Below, one piece after another: positions 45,692-57,768 of a DNA stretch of 64,000 nucleotides. Origin of the DNA: Eledone cirrhosa (taxonomy: Eukaryota); contig OZ024748.1 in the NCBI GenBank assembly GCA_964016885.1, positions 12,276,001 to 12,340,000 of the forward strand. Reading direction: 5' to 3'. The notes under the pieces are model-generated. The model was not told where the DNA came from and did no database searches. It worked only from the letters and a program-made list of their open reading frames with translations. The position numbers and the translations under genes were made by a program. Within the stretch, counting starts at the first letter, position 1, and every line of letters starts with the position of its first letter.

Positions 45692-46171
45692 GGTGGTGTC
45701 TGGAGGTAGCTGAAGATGAATAGGTTGGTGATGATGATGGTGGTGGTGGTAAGTCGCCGCCAAAGGAAACAGACTGTTCTGGTAAGATGCGAACAAAGGT
45801 GAAGACGTAGATGATGATGATGATGATGATGATGATGGTGGTGACGACGACGACGACGGCGACGATGATGATAATGGTGGTGGTGGTGGTGGTGGTGGTG
45901 GTGGTGGTGATGATGATGATGGCGGCGGCGGCAGCGGCGGTGGTGGTGGTGGTGGTGGTGGTGGATGTGGTGGTGGAGAAGTGTAAGGGAAGTACGGGTA
46001 GGTATAGGAATAGGAATACGAATAAGGATATGATATATAAGATGTATAAGGATAGTAAGTGTGGTGGATGTGTGCTGAGTGACCCTTGGTGAAATAGGCG
46101 CCACCCGCAGAGGTTCGAACCAGCTTCGTTAGGCCAACGCTGCTCCTGCATTCGTCGACCTCGTCCGGCAT
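43123..46171 (-). CDS. en: Engrailed-family homeobox transcription factor, first coding exon (no homeodomain in window)
   Basis: 3.8-kb ORF containing EH1 (FTNFLIDDILKPEFG, ~43829-43873) and EH2 (YPAWVFCTRYSDRPSSG) ending at TCA G|GTGAGC, the conserved phase-1 engrailed intron position. Start uncertain: ATG 46171 chosen; alternatives 45631 and 46891. Confidence 0.9.
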
Positions 46172-46743
46172 GATGTTTGTAAATTGTGGCGTTTCAGAAG
46201 ACAGGCCGACTACGTAGGGAACGAGAAAGGGAACGAATGTGGGTGTGGTGTGATGGTGGTGTGATGGTGGTGGTGGTGGTGGTGGTGGTGGTAGTGTTTG
46301 AAGGAACGAAGGAGAAACGTGATAGATGGTAGAGAGGGGGACGAGAGGGAGTTGGAGGGAGGGAGGGAGGGAGGGAGGGGGGAAGAGATAGAAGGAACAA
46401 GAGAGGAGTGACTTAGGGGAGAGGCAGAGGGAACGAGAGAATGCTGGAGTGATAGACAGAGAGACGGAACGAGAGAGAGGGAACGAGAGTGTTGGGGTGA
46501 TAGACTGAGAGAACGAGAGAGAGAGAGAGATAGTTAGGGGAGAAGCAGAGGGAACAAGAGAGAGAGTTTTAGAGTGATACACAGAGGGAACAAGAGAGTG
46601 ATAATGTGATAGACAGAGAGAACGAGAGAGAGAGTGTTGGAGTGATAGACAGAGGGAGTGAGAGGGTGTTAGGGAAGAGGTAGAGGGAATGAGAAAGAGG
46701 GAGTGAGAGGAGTGATAGAGACAGCATGAAAAAGATGAGGAGG

Positions 46744-46774
<31 letters not shown>

Positions 46775-46819
46775 GGTAAAGAAGGAAATGCGCCCATTAC
46801 AGTCGTAATGACGCGGCGC

Positions 46820-46931
46820 CACCACCACCACCACCACCACCACCACCACCACTACCACCACTGTTACTACAACTTCTACAACTTCCATCATCACCACAAC
46901 TACTCATTAATACAACTCCCACTACTACCAT

Positions 46932-46962
<31 letters not shown>

Positions 46963-46988
46963 GCTGCTGCTACCGCTGCTACTACTAG

Positions 46989-47029
<41 letters not shown>

Positions 47030-47079
47030 CTACTACCACCATCACCACAACCACCATCACCACCCCCACCACCACACCG

Positions 47080-47160
<81 letters not shown>
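46820..47160. repeat. (CAC)n/(CTA)n/(CTG)n repeats
   Basis: Trinucleotide tracts upstream of engrailed. Confidence 0.9.
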
Positions 47161-47251
47161 TTTGTTCATTTCTTTTTAGCTGGCTACAAATTTAGTAACG
47201 ATAGAGTTACCTTCTCTTTCTTTTTGCCTTTCTTTCTTCGTTATTTTCTTC

Positions 47252-47297
<46 letters not shown>

Positions 47298-47734
47298 CTT
47301 TATTTCTTACACCCCCTCTATCTCTCAAGCCCCCCTCTCTCTCTCTTAATCTTTATCTCCTTTTTGCTTTCTAACTTCAAGCAGCTCCCCCTCCCTCCCC
47401 CCATCGCTCCCTCTTTCCTTTCTCTTCAGTGACTCTCAGTGGGCGTGGCCAGCCAGAGGCCCCTTAACTGACAGTAGCTAAAGTGAAGGAAAAAGAGAGA
47501 GAGACAGAGGGAGAGAGAAGAGGAGGGGAGGGGAGAAGCCGTGTAAGTCAAGAGATAACAATACACACAATTCCCCCTCCTCCCCCCTCGTCCTTACCTT
47601 TATCAATGGATTGTTGCTACAGTGTAAAGAGGTACCTCCTCACCCCCCTCTCTCTACCCCCTCTCTCCCACCGCCTCCATCAAAAGTTCTCATTTGTTAC
47701 CTATTATTAATTAAGTGATAACTAATTGCTTTAG

Positions 47735-48425
47735 GATGTTGTTATTGTTATTATTGTTGTTGTTGTGGCTGGTGGTGGTAGTGGTAGTGGTGGTGATGTT
47801 ATTGTTGGTGGTGATGGTGGTAGTGGTGGTGGTGGTGGTAGTGGTGGTGATGGTGGTAGTGGTGGTGGTGGTGGTAGTGGTGGTGATGGTGGTAGTGGTG
47901 GTGGTGGTGGTGGTGGTGGTGGTAGTGGTGGTGGTGAGGTTGTTGTTGGTGGTAAATGTGGTGGTGGTAGTGGTGGTGATGGTGGTAGTGGTGGTGGTGG
48001 TGGTGGTGGTGGTAGTGGTGGTGGTGAGGTTGTTGTTGGTGATGATGTTGTTGTTGGTGATGTTGTTGTTGGTGATGTTGTTGTTGGTGGTGATGGTGTT
48101 GTTGTTGTTGGTGGTGGTGATGGTGTTGTTGGTGGTGGTGTTGTTGGTGGTGATCGTGTTGATGTTGGTGGTGATGTTGTTGTTGGTGGTGATGTTGGTG
48201 GTGGTGATGGTGTTGTTGTTGTTGGTGGTGGTGATGGTGTTGGTGGTGGTGATGTTGTTATTGTTGGTGGTCGTCGTGGTAGTAACGGTGGTGGCGGTGG
48301 TGATGGTAATGGTGGTGGTCGTGATGCTATTGGTGATGATGGTGTTGTTGTTGTTGTTGTTGGTAGCTGTTTTGGTGATGGTGGGGATAATGGTATTGTT
48401 GTGTTGGTGGTTGTGCTGGTGATGG
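47735..48425. repeat. (GGT/GTT)n tract
   Basis: Trinucleotide low complexity. Confidence 0.9.
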
Positions 48426-48568
48426 TACTTAAGAGGTTGGCAGAATCGGTAGAGCGTCATGTATCATGTGTCGAGTGTTAGTGTCTCACATATACAGAAC
48501 AACACTGTTGGTTGTGAGTTTTACTTTTACTTGCTTCAGCCAATAGACTGCGGCCATGCTTGGTTACT

Positions 48569-48791
48569 TTAACTCTTTAGCATTTAAACTGGCCGTATCC
48601 GGACAGATTTCTCTCACCTTTTTCTGTTCAAACCGACTGAGACTGGCCACTCATACTGATGTTAAAGTATTATTCTCAAATAAATAATATTAAAATCTCG
48701 AAAATTCAATGTTATGTGAGATAATCATATAAAGTCTTTACTGTGAAATTATAATAGTAAATATAGAGTAATGTAAATGCTAAAGAATTAA
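48569..48791. mobile_element. piggyBac-type MITE
   Basis: TTAA-CTCTTTAGCATTTA...TAAATGCTAAAGAA-TTAA. Confidence 0.75.
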
Positions 48792-49064
48792 GGGTTTAAG
48801 TCGCTCATAATGACCACAGTGCTTATTTTTTTCTAGCCTGGTATTCACTGTATCGAGCTCACTTTGTCGAACCTCTAAGTTATGGGACATAAACAAACAG
48901 TAAAGGCGAAAACAGACACACATATATACAGTGAAATACCTAACGCAGAATACTACATTCGCAGCTGGACACATATTGACGTTGAGTGCTTAAACTGGTG
49001 AAACAATGGTAACTAAATATTACACGCCAATACACTATATATATATATATATATATATAAGTTA

Positions 49065-49245
49065 GGTTTTGTTTTTTGTCCTGCAGGGTGTCCAAAATCA
49101 CCCTCCTCACCAAGTAAACTTGGTGGGGTTGCCAGTTTAATCGCCGACGACCCCACCTTGCGACAGGTTGTACTGGTTTACATGTTACCAGTAGCACTCA
49201 AGAGTGACCTGACAAAGTTGCGGAAGAACTGATAAGCGTCAACGG
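49065..49245 (-). mobile_element. RTE-like LINE 5' UTR fragment, structured
   Basis: Homologous to 4305-4452. Confidence 0.55.
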
Positions 49246-49319
49246 CCTTCCAAAAATGTGTAAATATGTATATACACATGTACATATGTATGTGTATGTA
49301 TATACGTGTGTATATGCCT

Positions 49320-50055
49320 GCGGTGTCAGGGAGGGGCATGTACCTCTGTAGGGAGGGGGGGGGGGGGGGGGGCTAGCCATTCCCTTTTCAGGACAGCTCG
49401 TCCTGCATTGGGTCCCACCTGACACTCAGCTCTCACCTGTGGCCCCAAGAAGCTGTAGCATAGCATGCGACAGCGGCCACACCCTAGTAAACCGTCTTAG
49501 CTGGCGGGCCGAACCAGGTTGAGGGTAGCCGGACGGGTCTGAAACCTCCCGGTGAGTTAGATAGGGGATGCCTGCCCCTGCATGCGAAGACTGGACCCGG
49601 CGAAGTGAATGGAGGAGGACAACATCGTCCCAACAGTCACGAAGGCGGCGACAGGAAGCGGTGTGGAGCGCTAGGGCACGGCAAGGCACTACAGACGTCG
49701 TGGCCATCCACTGCAGCCAAGGTCGTGACGGTCCTCCGTACCACCGGATTCTGGCTTCTGCGGCCGAGTGAGTGGGGCCGTCACTGTGCACTGGCCCTCC
49801 AACTATAAACCTTTCCCGCACAGGTTTCTTCTTTAGCGTGCACTCCGCGATCCCTTACCAGACGCGCTAAAGACTCTTTTGAAGAGAAGAGACGGGCAGA
49901 GGTCACCGAGGCCCGTGAAAGGAGGAGAAAGGCATCAACAGCTGCCCCCAAGCGACTCCGGTCTCTTCCCCTGTCCCCACTGTCCCCGGACCTGCAAGTC
50001 AAGAATCGGCCTCCACAGCCACCTTCGTGCCCATGGCAGGCAGGAACTAAAATAA
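49320..50055 (+). mobile_element. GC-rich putative LINE (RTE-like) 5' UTR
   Basis: CpG-rich block without a meaningful ORF, with many hairpins, ending in AACTAAAATAAAGAAG; family assignment rests on recalled similarity only. Confidence 0.4.
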
Positions 50056-50234
50056 AGAAGATGTCATCATCGTTTACGATGGACAACCAAGATACAAGTT
50101 AACGAGATATCGTTTAAGGTAATCTAGCATCTTGCGAACAGCGATTTTTAGACACACCTGACTAATCAAACAATTGTTAGTACTTAATAAACCCTATTGT
50201 ACAGCCAACCATGTTATTCTTCACTCATTTACTA

Positions 50235-50309
<75 letters not shown>

Positions 50310-50791
50310 GTAGTAAAGGTTTGGTAGAAATATCCAAGAGTAAGAGCACTCAGTCCATAGGACGAGTTTAGTATAAATAATTACAAGTGTGATATAAACA
50401 GGTACTTAAGTTTCTTTGGGTTCTGGACCCAACTCATTTAGCCTGTCATAATTTTCTTATGAGAGGCTGAATGAGTTGGGGTCCGGAACCCAATGACAAC
50501 TAAGAGAACCTGTTTATGTCACTGTTGTAACCATTTATAAATATATATTCTTTATCTTTCTATTTTATCTTCTATTTCTAACTCTATATTCTGATGAAGG
50601 ACTAGTGTCCAAAACCTTAAGACTCTCTCCCTGTTATTTCAAGCGTTAAACTAATATATTTCTTCATTGTACTGTGTCATTTGCTTTCTTTGTTATTTCT
50701 GTTGACACACACACACACACACATATAAGCGAGATTAGAATACTTTTTTGTCTATGTTGTTTGTGCTCCCATAAAGATTTTTCTCTCTTAA

Positions 50792-50834
<43 letters not shown>

Positions 50835-51183
50835 TAAGTATATATATATATATAAAAATTAAGTATATATACATATATATATACGTATATATATATACAC
50901 TCACACATATATATATATGTATATGCATGTTTTAAAAAATGAAAATAAAACACAATTAGTTCATTCTATATACATAAATACACACGCGCGCACACACACA
51001 CACACATACATATACATATATATACGTCGGACGAACTTTTGATTCCAGATTCGGGCCAGATCGATACAGATCGAACCTTGAACTGATCAATCGCGAAACG
51101 CGCGTCACACCTCAATAAATGTAATGAAGATCTCCTCGACATTATTATTATTATTATTATTACACTCTGTAATAGGTGTTGGT

Positions 51184-51362
51184 TTGGCAGAATCGGTAGA
51201 GCGTCAGACACCATGATTTGCAGCATAGTTATGGCCCTTTGAGCTCTGAGTTCAAATCCCGCCGAGGTTAACTTTGCCTTTCATCCTTACGGGGTCGATA
51301 AAATGAAGTACCAGTAATGTACTGGGTAATTGCTGGCCTTGTGCTAAGAGTAGAAACAATTA
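51184..51362 (+). mobile_element. SINE family 1
   Basis: Full-length: TGGCAGAATCGGTAGAGCG A-box, GAGTTCAAATCCC B-box, core. Confidence 0.9.
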
Positions 51363-51544
51363 TTACTATTATTACACTGGAAACTACACATTGAGTGCTT
51401 ACTTTGGTGAGCCAACAGTAACTGGATGTTACAATAATACATGCCGAGCACAGCACACTGGATGTTGTGTTAACACAGCACGAACACACGAACACACGAA
51501 CACAACATTTACGTTGCCAACTATGAACCACGCCCATTCAGCAT

Positions 51545-51603
<59 letters not shown>

Positions 51604-51646
51604 CTCTCTGTCTCTCTCTCTCCACACACACACGCACACACACATA

Positions 51647-51679
<33 letters not shown>

Positions 51680-51744
51680 GTATAAATATCTTCTCTCTCT
51701 CATCCATCCACCTATCCACCTACATACCCGTCTATCTATCTATT

Positions 51745-51808
<64 letters not shown>

Positions 51809-52013
51809 CCCCTTCCTACCATGTACAGACACATGTATTATACGCTCCGCCCACTTTTAATGTGTCTCTTCATCCCTACGATATAAATTTACATTAACTC
51901 CGCCTACTTCATCTCCCTCCCTTCCTTATATAATAACTATTCCCGCTAGTACAACTCCCTCCCCTGCAGCAGTTATATAGTTATTAATCTATCACTTTCT
52001 TTTTAACATTACA

Positions 52014-52067
<54 letters not shown>

Positions 52068-52095
52068 CCTCTCTCTCTCCCAGCATATATATATA

Positions 52096-52130
<35 letters not shown>

Positions 52131-52171
52131 GCTGGGAGAGAGAGAGGTGCATATATATATATATGTGTGTA

Positions 52172-52272
<101 letters not shown>

Positions 52273-52439
52273 TAATTTAAAGTATCAAAACATATACAAT
52301 ATATATGATGAATCTATTTCTCAGTGAAAAAGCTCAATGGAAATTTGTCCAGAGCATCAATAATTCAATATATGTATGTAGTCATATATCGTGAGAGAAA
52401 CATATAGTATTCTGTATATATATAGATATAGATATATAC

Positions 52440-52488
<49 letters not shown>

Positions 52489-52510
52489 TGCATATATATA
52501 TATATGTGTG

Positions 52511-52581
<71 letters not shown>

Positions 52582-52662
52582 ATCTAAATATGTGAGTACC
52601 AGACATTTTCCCTGACATCACATACAATTCTATGTGAACTTGTAGCTTAATTGATATAAATT

Positions 52663-52843
52663 AATTGTTTCTAGTTTTGGCACAAGGCCAGCAATTATCT
52701 CAGTACATTACTGGTACTTTATTTTATCGACCTCGTAAGGATGAAAGGCAAAGTTAACCTCAGCGGGATTTGAACTCGGAATAGCAACGGCCGTAACTCT
52801 ATGCGTCAAAGCATGGCGTCCGACCCTCTACCAATACTGCCAA
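52663..52843 (-). mobile_element. SINE family 1
   Basis: Full-length reverse-complement copy. Confidence 0.85.
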
Positions 52844-53124
52844 TCCACCGCTATAAATTATTGTTTTGTCTCTCGTCTCTTACTCCACTGGATAACGTTT
52901 GGCTTGTGTCAGACGCTGTGACACCGGGTGGACCAGCAGTACCTTTGGTAGGGATCGAAACAGCTAAAGTCCATCTCAATGGCTGATGACCACGTATTTC
53001 TGTGTCCTTCGTTTGTATTTTTATTTTTTTCTTAATAATTTTTTAAGGTTTACCTTTAAAAAATTGTTTTTCATTTTACCTTGTGCCCGTTCGTTGTCTT
53101 GTCATCTGTTAAGTTTCTTACGTT

Positions 53125-53280
53125 TCTTTTACGTTTTGAGTTCAAATCCTGCCGAGGTTAGCTTTATCTTTCATCCATACAGGGTCGATAAAAGAAAGCA
53201 CCAGTAATGCACTGATTCCGATTTAATCAACTTTCCCCTCCCCCAAAATTATTGGAGTCATACCTAAATCAGAAACCATT
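53125..53280 (+). mobile_element. SINE family 1
   Basis: B-box plus core, diverged. Confidence 0.75.
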
Positions 53281-53579
53281 AAGATGGTGTTTGGAATATA
53301 AATCTAACCATTTCGAAACAGTTTTGTATCATATAACCAGTGCCGGTTTCAGGGGGTTTGGTATCAAAAGGGTTAAAGTGATTAAGTCGATCATATCGAC
53401 AGTAGTAAACCTTTCAATTCTGATACATAATTTATTGATCTCTATTTATCGATCTCCTGACTTATGGGTCATAAATAAACAGCAAACCTTTCCACATACA
53501 CACATACAAATATACATACACACACATACAAATATACACATGTACACATACACAGGCAAATATGCATATGTACATACAC

Positions 53580-53677
<98 letters not shown>

Positions 53678-53939
53678 GTACGTACACAAATGCACAAATA
53701 CATATATTCATATGTAAACACACACATACGAATATGCTTCTGTACATACACACACACATACGAATATACATATGTACATTCATGCAAATACACATACACG
53801 CATACAAATATACATATGTACATACACACATATATGCACACTCACATAAACACATACAAAAATGCATATGTACATACATGCACATACACCACACACATAC
53901 ATTCATACAAATATACATATGTTCATACACACATAGATG

Positions 53940-54047
53940 CACACACATGCATACACATTCATGTGCACACACACAGAGCTGCAAACACACACATTCACAT
54001 ACACATACATGCACAGACACACATACATACACACACACACACAGCTG

Positions 54048-54089
<42 letters not shown>

Positions 54090-54660
54090 TACATACATAC
54101 ACACATAGCTGCACACACACACACACACACACATATACATACACACATACAAGCACACACATAGCTGCACACACACACATACAAGCACACACATAGCTGC
54201 ACACACACACATACAAGCACACACATAGCTGCACACACACACATACATACACACATACATGTACACACATAGCTGCACGCACACACACACACACACACAC
54301 ACATACATACACACATACAAGCACACACATAGCTGCACACACACACATACAAGCGCACACACACACACACACACACATACATACACACATACAAGCACAC
54401 ACATAGCTGCACACACACACACACATACATACACACATAGCTGCACGCGCACACACACACACACACACACATACATACACACATACAAGCACACACATAG
54501 CTGCACAAACACACACACACACACACATACATACACACATACAAGCACACACACACATACATACACACATACAAGCACACACATAGCTGCACACACACAC
54601 ACACACACATATACATACACACATACAAGCACACACATAGCTGCACACACAACCACACAC
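53940..54660. repeat. (CA)-based minisatellite (ATACAAGCACACACATAGCTGCACAC)
   Basis: More than 10 variable-length units. Confidence 0.9.
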
Positions 54661-54879
54661 ACATACAGACACACTACCCATGCACCCCCATTGTACCCCC
54701 TCCCTCCCACACACAACACACACGCTATCAACAAAACTGTAAGTTAACACATTATCAGCGAGGAACTAGGTGTGAAAAGAGGCGGAGTTATAACCAAGAA
54801 GCTCGCAGCTGATTGGCTGAAAGTGGACTCACGTCAACAACTGTTCTTTCTTAGATGTTGGAACGGTGTTAAGTAACGT

Positions 54880-54937
<58 letters not shown>

Positions 54938-54950
54938 AGACACACATATA

Positions 54951-55055
54951 TACACAGTGTCCCCCAAAAATGTATGCACATGTTAACAGCATTCTAATAA
55001 ATATCGCCTGTACAGGTAATCAAAGTGTGCATACTTTTTTGAGGGACACCTTGTA
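54951..55055. mobile_element. Tc1-type MITE
   Basis: TACACAGTGTCCCCCAAAAATGTATGCAC / GTGCATACTTTTTTGAGGGACACCTTGTA. Confidence 0.75.
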
Positions 55056-55077
55056 TATATATATGAGACATACACAT

Positions 55078-55136
<59 letters not shown>

Positions 55137-55245
55137 ATATATATGTGTGTGTGTGTGTGAAAAGTAAGCGGGAAAACACAACAAACGATGAAGAACAATG
55201 AAAATATATATATATTAGTTTCACGCTTAATAAAGTAGGGAAGGC

Positions 55246-55348
<103 letters not shown>

Positions 55349-55552
55349 GTGTGTGTGTGTGTGTGTCTTGATCATCATCATCATCATCATCATTACCGTT
55401 TTACCTAAATTTTTCCACGCTAGCATGGGTTAGACGAGTTGTCCTGTTGTGGACAATGCTAGGTCGGGTGACCATGTCTTCTACATACAGAACTGATTTT
55501 GGCTTAGTTTCTACAACTGGAGGCCCTTCCTAACGCATGTATATATATATAT

Positions 55553-55700
55553 CTAGGGTGGGTAAAATTCCCGAGATCCATGGACAAGTTCTCTCCAGCG
55601 GTCTCTGTCCCTCATTATCACTGCCATGTCCTGCGTCTCCAACAGACCAGTGTCTGTCCTTAGGGCATCAACAAAACGTTAACCTTGGTCTTCCCCTTCC
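55553..55700 (-). mobile_element. RTE LINE extreme 3' end
   Basis: Same C-terminal segment as 34056-34206. Confidence 0.8.
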
Positions 55701-55709
55701 AGTGTGTCC

Positions 55710-56014
55710 ATGGCTTTACTGTAACACCGGCTCAGAGCAGGAGAGTTAAGGCGAAAAAGATATCGGATGCTGAATTTGCCGACGACATAGTTTTGGTGGC
55801 AAACACAGTGAAGGAGGCAGAGGATTTGATGCAGGAGGTTGAGACTGTGTCAATGAGTGTGGGGCTGAGAATGAATGAGACTAAGACAAACTAAGACAAA
55901 ATATCTGGTAGAGAATGTTGAGAAGCCAGAGGGGATTACTAATGTAGGCGGGAAGCCGCTAGAATTGGTTGAGGACTTCCTGTATTTGGGAGCAAAGATT
56001 GGGAATACGGAAGA

Positions 56015-56018
<4 letters not shown>
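55710..56018 (+). pseudogene. RTE LINE reverse transcriptase fragment
   Basis: ISDAEFADDIVL...VGLRMNETKTKY...VEDFLYLG (FADD, GL.MN..KT and F.YLG motifs); frameshift from a 10-bp duplication at 55881-55900. Confidence 0.9.
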
Positions 56019-56076
<58 letters not shown>

Positions 56077-56252
56077 TTTGAGTATATGTTGGTTGTTTAC
56101 CGACACCTCAGTATGCAAATTGGAGCGAAATATATATAGCAGCATATCTATATATATATCAGTATATCTAGCAGTATATCTATAATTTATAATAAACGAA
56201 GCCAAATTTTACATATTTGACTTAATTATATATATGTGTGTGTATATATATG

Positions 56253-56330
<78 letters not shown>

Positions 56331-56333
<3 letters not shown>

Positions 56334-57052
56334 AATTCAACTTACATGACCATAGTGGCCGTATTACAGGTTGAGGAGGGGTGGGGGTAGGGTGGGGAGG
56401 AGGTATAGGGGCCAATAGGGGGAGGTCGTTTTTAGCCATCGGGCTTTAACACTGGCTTAAAGTGTTTGAATGTTGCAAAGTTCTTGTGCATGCAGTTCGG
56501 GCAGTGTTCAGAGAGTTTGTTCAGTAGCGGGCCCTTGGCGAATAAAATTTCGTAACTCTCTGAAATACAAAGGTCGCAGCCCTTGTGTCCTCCGTCGTAA
56601 GAGCGCGCTTTCTGGAGTATTTTCCAATTAAGCGTGAAGGGGGTGGAGTTCCTTTTGAGGTCCCAAACGTAGGAGGCGAGTGTTGTTTGGTTTGATTTAT
56701 CCGGTCTTCTGAAGGAGTGGGTATGGGCATACCAGCGGGTCTTAAAGGTGTTGGAGGTCATGCCGATGTAAGTTTTTTTTGCAATCCTCGGTGCCCGAGA
56801 TGACATCGCATTTGTATACGATGTCGTTTGTGAGGCATTTGTTTTCTAGTGGGCATGTTTCCTTATTTAGGCAATTACATAGAGCCCCAGTCCGGGGATT
56901 GGTTTCGGAGGTGGTTGGCTTATTTAGTTTAAACTAAAGCCCGATGGCTAAAAACGACCTCCCCCTATTGGCCCCTATACCTCCTCCCCACCCTACCCCC
57001 ACCCCTCCTCAACCTGTAATACGGCCACTATGGTCATGTAAGTTGAATTTAC
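56331..57052. mobile_element. Penelope-like insertion with inverted pseudo-LTR
   Basis: 56331-56448 is the reverse complement of 56935-57052; (TA)n on both sides. Confidence 0.85.
56432..56930 (-). pseudogene. Penelope-like retroelement GIY-YIG endonuclease C-terminus (Naiad-type)
   Basis: CNCLNKETCPLENKCLTNDIVYKC...(+1 frameshift in A8 at 56773-56780)...KTYIGMTSNTFKTRWYAH...CDLCISE...LLNK...CMH. Confidence 0.85.
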
Positions 57053-57107
57053 AAGTTATATTTACACATCAGTCGTCCATCGGCAATACACAAAGCTTTT
57101 GACCCCA

Positions 57108-57184
<77 letters not shown>

Positions 57185-57218
57185 GTAGATGGCTTATGGG
57201 TTATATCCGTAGTGTTAG

Positions 57219-57421
57219 AGAACTCAGTCCATGGGACGAGTTTGGTAGAAGTAGATCCACAACAGTCAGTTCACCATACCGAGAACAAATGTTTCACCTT
57301 ATTCGGATCATCATTTAGACCGAGCTGAGTATCCCAATAAGGTGAAACATTTGCTCTCGGTATGGTGAACTAACTGTTGTGGAACTACTTCTACCAAACT
57401 CCTCCCATGGACTGAGTGCTT
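57219..57421. mobile_element. Family E palindromic element with degenerate hammerheads
   Basis: ~95-bp imperfect arms; fragment of the same family at 50315-50375. Confidence 0.7.
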
Positions 57422-57580
57422 TATATATACAGGGAGTGTAACGTGTGGAGTTTCTGTAGGTTCATCCGGGTGAGCACTCGATGTTTAGGTTCACTTCTGT
57501 GTCGAGGTGTAGAGCTAGACAGAGTGTATTATAAAATAAAATAAGGACGAGTGGTTACACTTTCATTACGTTTATTGGTT

Positions 57581-57665
57581 GGTAACGCGCGTTTCGCCAC
57601 TGATCGGCTCAAGGTTCGATCTGTATCGATCTAGCCCGACTCTGTAATCCACGGCTCGTCAGACC
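57581..57665 (-). ncRNA. Type I hammerhead ribozyme with extended stem II, family C
   Basis: GGT-CTGACGA-GCCGT...GTGGC-GAAAC-GCGC-GTT-ACC; element spans 57430-57675. Confidence 0.75.
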
Positions 57666-57674
57666 CCTTATGAT

Positions 57675-57706
<32 letters not shown>

Positions 57707-57768
57707 TTTATGAACGAAATGGAAATAAAGAGAAATAATAAACAAAAAGTAAAATAAATGTTTAATGG

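Noticed and set aside
46172-46897. N-terminal 242 codons of the 1274-aa ORF
   Set aside because: Derived from (GGT)n and (CT)n tracts that stay open by composition; more likely promoter/5' UTR, although not excluded
54770-54840. GC-box/ATTGG/CRE-like promoter cluster
   Set aside because: Short motifs only, with no associated gene or other support
56432-56930. Selenocysteine recoding as reported for some Naiad elements
   Set aside because: The conserved Cys positions seen are TGT/TGC, with no in-frame TGA and no SECIS recognised in the retained 3' UTR
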